Source: Salinispira sp. (GTDB lineage: Bacteria; Spirochaetota; Spirochaetia; DSM-27196; Salinispiraceae). From it: DNA of 64,000 nt. The position numbers were made by a program, and so were the translations under genes. Under the pieces are notes generated by a model. That model was not told where the DNA came from and did no database searches. It worked only from the letters and a program-made list of their open reading frames with translations. The DNA is taken from positions 1,664,001 to 1,728,000 of the forward strand of contig OZ271918.1 in the NCBI GenBank assembly GCA_965602015.1. Reading direction: 5' to 3'. Of the stretch, positions 59,223 to 64,000 are shown in pieces; positions within the stretch are counted from its first letter, which is position 1; every line of letters begins with the position of its first letter.

Positions 59223-60573
59223 AATGGTGTCCAAATTAGTTCGCAATTTCATGTAGGAGCCAGCTTCCTCCAGCGGGTTAAGCGGCTATTTTCGGGATGA
59301 GATCTCGTTGCTCATCCAGTATTTCCTTTTTAATATAGGCCTTGCCGGCTGTCCAGTCTTCCGTGTATTCAATCAGGAAACAGGTCACCAATCTCAGGTA
59401 AGAATCCTGAGATGGGAAAATCCCGACGACTTTCGACCGCCGACGGATCTCCCGGTTCAGTCTTTCCAGCATGTTTGTCGAAGCGACCTTCCGATGATCG
59501 AGCTTTGGAAATTCATAGAACTGGAGTGAGTCTTCAAGTCCGTTATCCAGGATTTCCACCGCCTCAGGGAATTGCGATTCCAGATCATCCATCACCTGTT
59601 TGGCATATTCCCGTGCGGTACCGGCATCCGGTTGAAGCCAGATATGTTTGATACGGGCGGCAACATGCTCTTTGTGTTTGGCTCTCACTTTTGCCAACAC
59701 GTTCCGCATGAAATGTACTTTGCAGCGTTGCCAGCTGGAACCAAGGAATTCTTTCTGGATAGCATTCTTCAATCCCAGATGCGCATCTGAGACCACAAGC
59801 CACACGGACCGAAGGCCACGCTCCTTCAACCTCTGGATCAGGAACCGGTAATTGTCTTCATTTTCAGCATCCATGGGCTCTATGGCCAGGATTTCCCGTT
59901 CTCCAGCCCTGTTGAGGCCGCACACGACCATAACCGCATGATTGTAGACTCTCCCGTCATCCCGGATCTTTTCATACAGGGCGTCTATCCAGATTACTGG
60001 GTACTCCGCTTCAAGGGGGCGATTGCGAAATGTATCAACCTGTTCATCAAGACCTTTGTTGATTTCTGAAACCTGGCTTGCGGAAATATTCTCGATTCCC
60101 AGCTGTTTTGCCAGACGATCAATCTTCCGGGTTGAAACGCCGTTAATGAATGCTTCCTGGACAACCTGAAGAAGCGCCTGCTCAGACCGGCGCTTCTCGG
60201 TGACAAAGAAGGGGATATACCCTCCCTTTCGGAGCTTTGGAACCACCAGATACATGGTACCTAATCGGGTATCAAAACGGCGAACCCGTGTTCCGGAAAA
60301 GTGAGTAGCCCGGTTGTGGGAGTGCTGACCTTTGGGGGCACCGACCTTGGATTCGACTTCGATTTTCATAAGCTGCTCTGTTGTCCATTTGAGCATCTCA
60401 AACAAGGGATCGGATTCACCGGTGAATTGGGATAGCAGATTCTTGAAATCTGCGGTAGAGTTTTTTGGGGCCATGATTACTTACTCCTTCTGGTTGTGTA
60501 TCGCTACTTAACCTTCGGAGAGAATTGTGGCTCCTTTTACTTTTCTAAATTGCGAACATTATTGGACGTGATC
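59223..60573 (-). mobile_element. IS256 family element, copy 2 (1351 bp)
   Basis: Inverted copy of 35510-36860; 8-bp TSD TTCGCTTA. Confidence 0.95.
59278..60474 (-). CDS. IS256 family transposase
   Basis: Protein identical to 35609-36805. Confidence 0.95.
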   Translation of the reverse strand: MAPKNSTADFKNLLSQFTGESDPLFEMLKWTTEQLMKIEVESKVGAPKGQHSHNRATHFSGTRVRRFDTRLGTMYLVVPKLRKGGYIPFFVTEKRRSEQALLQVVQEAFINGVSTRKIDRLAKQLGIENISASQVSEINKGLDEQVDTFRNRPLEAEYPVIWIDALYEKIRDDGRVYNHAVMVVCGLNRAGEREILAIEPMDAENEDNYRFLIQRLKERGLRSVWLVVSDAHLGLKNAIQKEFLGSSWQRCKVHFMRNVLAKVRAKHKEHVAARIKHIWLQPDAGTAREYAKQVMDDLESQFPEAVEILDNGLEDSLQFYEFPKLDHRKVASTNMLERLNREIRRRSKVVGIFPSQDSYLRLVTCFLIEYTEDWTAGKAYIKKEILDEQRDLIPKIAA

Positions 60574-60934
60574 TTCGCTTATTGTCACGAAATTTCTTTT
60601 GCCAATAGTTCCGATTATTACTAATTGATTTTCTTCTTTTGCATTTGTGATTATGCCAAAAGCAACCGTTGATCAATATCACTGTCTTAAATCGGGGAAG
60701 AACAATATCTGGGGTACCGGGCAATTTCTTATTGTGGATAGTAAATCTATATCCATTTCTATGAAGAATGGATCTTATTAAAACCTCGGGCTTTGTGTTT
60801 TTCGAATGGATTTGCGACATTATGTAGCTTCGCTGGCGTGGCGAAAAAATATCCATGAACAACCCGGGTTATCTGTTTCCTATTACACTCCTGGAAATGA
60901 CTGTCTGATTTCTGATTGAAAATTTTTTACGTCC

Positions 60935-61051
60935 ATTTAACAACCACTTAACCTGTGAGCCGTACATTGGCATGGAGTTTGCCCTGCCCTTCAGGGCAGG
61001 ACCAGCGGACTCCATGACAATAGGCGAATCAGGTTGAAGTGCTTGTTATGA
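60935..61051 (-). repeat. attC6 (type A, 117 bp)
   Basis: ATTTAAC…GTTATGA; apex GCCCTTCAGGGC as in attC1. Confidence 0.92.
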
Positions 61052-61732
61052 CGCGCCTTTATTTTTATGGCAGTTCATCTGATGAAGGTAAATTTCAATA
61101 TCCTTTTCATCTATACCCTGATTTTCAATCAGTTGCCATCTATCGCTGTTCTTTAGTAATTGAATTATTTCTTTTGCCGACATTGATAAATCTTCGCCAT
61201 AATGTTTCCCAGTGATTTCATAGATATGTTGTGAGATAGTAAAAGTCTTCGGAATCTCTTGCTTCAAGGTAGCGTTATAACATAGGTGTCCACCCGCAGC
61301 ATAAATTAGGAAACCTTTCTCGGTAAGATGATTTTCTTCATCGATAAAATGCTTTTCTTTCAAAATCTTATAATTTTTATTTTCTACATCGGGTTCTTTC
61401 TTGAAATAGCATTGTTGTAATAATTTCCAATTTGCCTTTTCTGAAAGAAGAGAGAAGAAATCAGAAACAGTAGAAAAATCCTCGAGATAATTTCCGATCG
61501 CATATGTCGGAAGATTTGTTGTGTACCAACCATTTTCCAAATCATATGCCAGCAATTGCGATAATCCTTGATGGGAATTTTCATGGACTACTTTCTTTAG
61601 GTTTTCTAATGCAACATCGTGACCACAAACTACACTCGTCGGTTCGGAATCTGAGTCTATTTCCGAAAGCTTTGCTTTTAATCGTGTGATTTCTTTTTTC
61701 AAGAAGGCTCGGTTATTTTCAAACTGATTCAT
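61046..61732 (-). CDS. cassette 7: hypothetical protein
   Basis: Fills the cassette; stop codon in the attC core. Confidence 0.7.
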   Translation of the reverse strand: MNQFENNRAFLKKEITRLKAKLSEIDSDSEPTSVVCGHDVALENLKKVVHENSHQGLSQLLAYDLENGWYTTNLPTYAIGNYLEDFSTVSDFFSLLSEKANWKLLQQCYFKKEPDVENKNYKILKEKHFIDEENHLTEKGFLIYAAGGHLCYNATLKQEIPKTFTISQHIYEITGKHYGEDLSMSAKEIIQLLKNSDRWQLIENQGIDEKDIEIYLHQMNCHKNKGAS

Positions 61733-61813
61733 GGAGCATCCCGATAATTTTAGAGATTACAAACATAGTATCATAAATACCATTAATTAACAGTAAGAAA
61801 ATCTTCTACGTCG

Positions 61814-61924
61814 TCATAACAACCTGTTGAGCGGCGAGCCGTACATGGCGCAAAACTTGCCTGGCGAAGCCAGAAAAGCAAGTTTTGTGACATAGGCGAG
61901 TCCGTCTCGAACAGCTTGTTATGT
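61814..61924 (-). repeat. attC7 (divergent type B, 111 bp)
   Basis: TCATAAC-AACCTGTTGAGCGGCG…CTCGAACAGCTT-GTTATGT with compensatory changes. Confidence 0.9.
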
Positions 61925-61932
61925 ACTGTATT

Positions 61933-62352
61933 TCAATTTATTGATCGTCTCTCGCCAAGTTTTTCCACAATATCATCAACTACTGCAGATAAATTTTTCT
62001 TAATATCTGATTGCCAATAGCGTAGAACTTTCCAACCATCATGTTCTAAACTGGATGTAACTTCCCGGTCTCTCTCTTTATTTCGCGAAATCTTTTGTGT
62101 CCAGTAATCCACGTTTGTTTTTGGCATACTAAAATTTTCTGGGTGCATATGCCAAAAATCTGAATCAATGAATACAATAACCTTTCCATTTCTAAAGACA
62201 ATATCCGGCTTTCCAATTATTTTTTTTACATGCTTTGTAAAATATATTTTCCTTTTACGTAATTCCTTAAAAACCATTTTCTCCGGCTGAGTATTAATAG
62301 ATTTTATATTTTTCATATTTAGATGTCTTTCTTCAGGAGTTAGATTATCCAT
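61933..62352 (-). CDS. vsr: cassette 8: Vsr very-short-patch repair endonuclease
   Basis: MKNIKS.NT.PE, GKPDI, DSDFWH, GWKVLRYW. Confidence 0.92.
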   Translation of the reverse strand: MDNLTPEERHLNMKNIKSINTQPEKMVFKELRKRKIYFTKHVKKIIGKPDIVFRNGKVIVFIDSDFWHMHPENFSMPKTNVDYWTQKISRNKERDREVTSSLEHDGWKVLRYWQSDIKKNLSAVVDDIVEKLGERRSIN

Positions 62353-63347
62353 TAGAAATAATTATCTGTTTTAGAAAAGTCCATCAAATAGTTTTCATCA
62401 TCGATTTTATAAAAAGTAACGTGGACTCTTCCATATCGCTCTAGATCCGATCTACTTACGTAAGCCCCATTTGCCAAACCTAATCGGTGACGAAAATATT
62501 CACCTAATAAACTATTATTATGTGGTGTTTCTATTGCTTGACCATTTTCATCTTTTTGTGCACGTGCACAATTAAATACTTTAGAATCGTCAGTTACGAC
62601 TGTAAAATGCTGAGGCTTTGGTGGAAAGAAATCGCTTCTATAAACATCCGGTGTCAATTGAATATATGCTTGATTTGGTTCTCGCCCTGGTCTTTGCCCC
62701 CAATTTAAACCACCTTTACTTTGCACTTCACCATCACGAGAAGAAATTAAAGGAATTCGTACAGATTCAACGTTAGTTAAATTGGATTGAGAAGCAGTGC
62801 CGGAGTGCTCTTCCGTTGTATGTTTACGATAATATCTGTAATCGCTATATACAGTTATATAATTTTCGACTTCCGAATGATTACAATAAACGGAGTCTTT
62901 TTCGATCTCATTATAATAATCTATCACATCCAGATCACTGATCTGAGACAGAATTTCCCTCTGTTTAGTTCTTTCATTCTTTAAAAATGCATTCTGTGTG
63001 TAATTCGCAGAGCCAATAAATGATTTATACAATTCATTCTTTTTTTTCCAAATATATAATTTGCTATGAACTGCAGGAGCTTCAGAAACATAACCACATG
63101 AAAACCGATTTTGAAAATCAGTGCCCATTATTGATTGAAAACCTTTATGATTGCTAATGGAAATACCATCTGAAGGTACCATGCCAACTAGTAGTGATAC
63201 CTTGATGTCAGAATTAATCTCAGAAATTTCTGATAAGTGGTGAAAAGCCATAGCAGACGTAGCATAACCAGATATGATTAATAATTCATCTGCCCCTTCT
63301 CGAGCTGGTACAATTAACGATTCATGGTAAAGTTTTTTTGTTAACAT
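62352..63347 (-). CDS. cassette 8: PLD-domain type II restriction endonuclease (NgoFVII-like)
   Basis: HSKLYIW..IGSANYT; GGLNWGQ. Confidence 0.85.
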   Translation of the reverse strand: MLTKKLYHESLIVPAREGADELLIISGYATSAMAFHHLSEISEINSDIKVSLLVGMVPSDGISISNHKGFQSIMGTDFQNRFSCGYVSEAPAVHSKLYIWKKKNELYKSFIGSANYTQNAFLKNERTKQREILSQISDLDVIDYYNEIEKDSVYCNHSEVENYITVYSDYRYYRKHTTEEHSGTASQSNLTNVESVRIPLISSRDGEVQSKGGLNWGQRPGREPNQAYIQLTPDVYRSDFFPPKPQHFTVVTDDSKVFNCARAQKDENGQAIETPHNNSLLGEYFRHRLGLANGAYVSRSDLERYGRVHVTFYKIDDENYLMDFSKTDNYF

Positions 63348-64000
63348 TAGTTCGTTATGTATACATCCTCTTTTTCAAGTATGTACAACTGCTCCTTCGA
63401 TGTTTCATTATATAATTCTAAATGCTCTGGAAGAATGATAGATTCAAAATTTGGTTTTATCGACTCATATTGTTCACCGGAAAAACTTTTCAAAACAGCT
63501 TCAAAAATAATTCTTGCGCCATCAACAGGAACAGCCATTCCGATTTGCTTTCTCACGCTTTCTTTGGAACCTATAAAAGTAAATGAATCGGGAAATGTTT
63601 GAAGCCGTGCTCGTTCACGATTAGTCAAAGCTCTGTTTTCACTCCAATGGTAGACATGTGTTCCTCCACCGCCACTTCCTGTCACTGTATATGACGGTTT
63701 TGTAGGGTCTAACCTACGATAAATTTGACTAATTTTTGCACCTTTAACATTTAACTGTAAATGCTCTGGAATAACCGCTGTAAATGCATTTTGTCCGGGT
63801 TTTATATATTTTAATCTTTCAACCACAGTTGGGGACTGCTTAGTAAACTCATTATTACTAGCATTCTCAGGGATAGGTGGATTTTCTATAGCATCCTTAC
63901 AGGTTCTTAACTTTGTCTGATATGGATTGGGTGATGGAATTTGAAAAGTTACATTTTGACTCTTATGAATTCCAATAATAATAATTCGATGCCTAGCTTG
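63347..64000 (-). CDS. cassette 8: DNA (cytosine-5) methyltransferase, 3' part
   Basis: QARHR (motif VIII), RERARLQTFPD (IX), KQIGMAVP (X); frame open to the window edge. Confidence 0.93.
   Translation of the reverse strand, partial: QARHRIIIIGIHKSQNVTFQIPSPNPYQTKLRTCKDAIENPPIPENASNNEFTKQSPTVVERLKYIKPGQNAFTAVIPEHLQLNVKGAKISQIYRRLDPTKPSYTVTGSGGGGTHVYHWSENRALTNRERARLQTFPDSFTFIGSKESVRKQIGMAVPVDGARIIFEAVLKSFSGEQYESIKPNFESIILPEHLELYNETSKEQLYILEKEDVYITN

Larger units (their letters stand above)
59060..60862 (-). pseudogene. vsr: cassette 6: Vsr endonuclease split by IS256
   Basis: RSYIMSQI..NTKPE, GTPDI, GCFWH; rejoined tail NKRRDRNQLRDLRNMGWRVIVIW. Confidence 0.9.

Noticed and set aside
52591..61924. 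Repeats as a CRISPR array or REP elements
   Set aside because: Units are 100-117 bp, separated by whole genes, and have R/L box architecture; no cas genes are present.

Overview
Bacterial chromosomal window; the many lipoproteins and the attC style suggest a spirochaete-like host (inference only). Bases 1-35 kb are mostly ordinary GC-rich genes: M23 and M14 peptidases, ArfB, an ankyrin lipoprotein, a PAS-kinase-BLUF sensor, a GH13 amylase, a LamG lipoprotein, a GH-A hydrolase, a GGDEF protein, a five-gene YeeE/rhodanese/TusA sulfur operon and an antiporter. Bases 35-50 kb are an IS graveyard: IS256, IS5, IS3, an IS1111-type IS110 with a readable bridge/seek-RNA region, and a TGT..ACA three-gene DDE+ExeA element. 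Bases 50.5-64 kb are an AT-rich integron cassette array on the minus strand, with 7 attC sites and at least 8 cassettes (three toxin-antitoxin pairs, Vsr, an NgoFVII-like R-M system, unknown genes). No intI is visible in the window. Unusual array features: (i) every complete cassette ends in its own 9-bp inverted repeat plus a conserved bulged base outside the core; (ii) the left end breaks exactly at G|TT into a non-attC, attI-like site; (iii) an IS1182 sits exactly on an attC crossover triplet.
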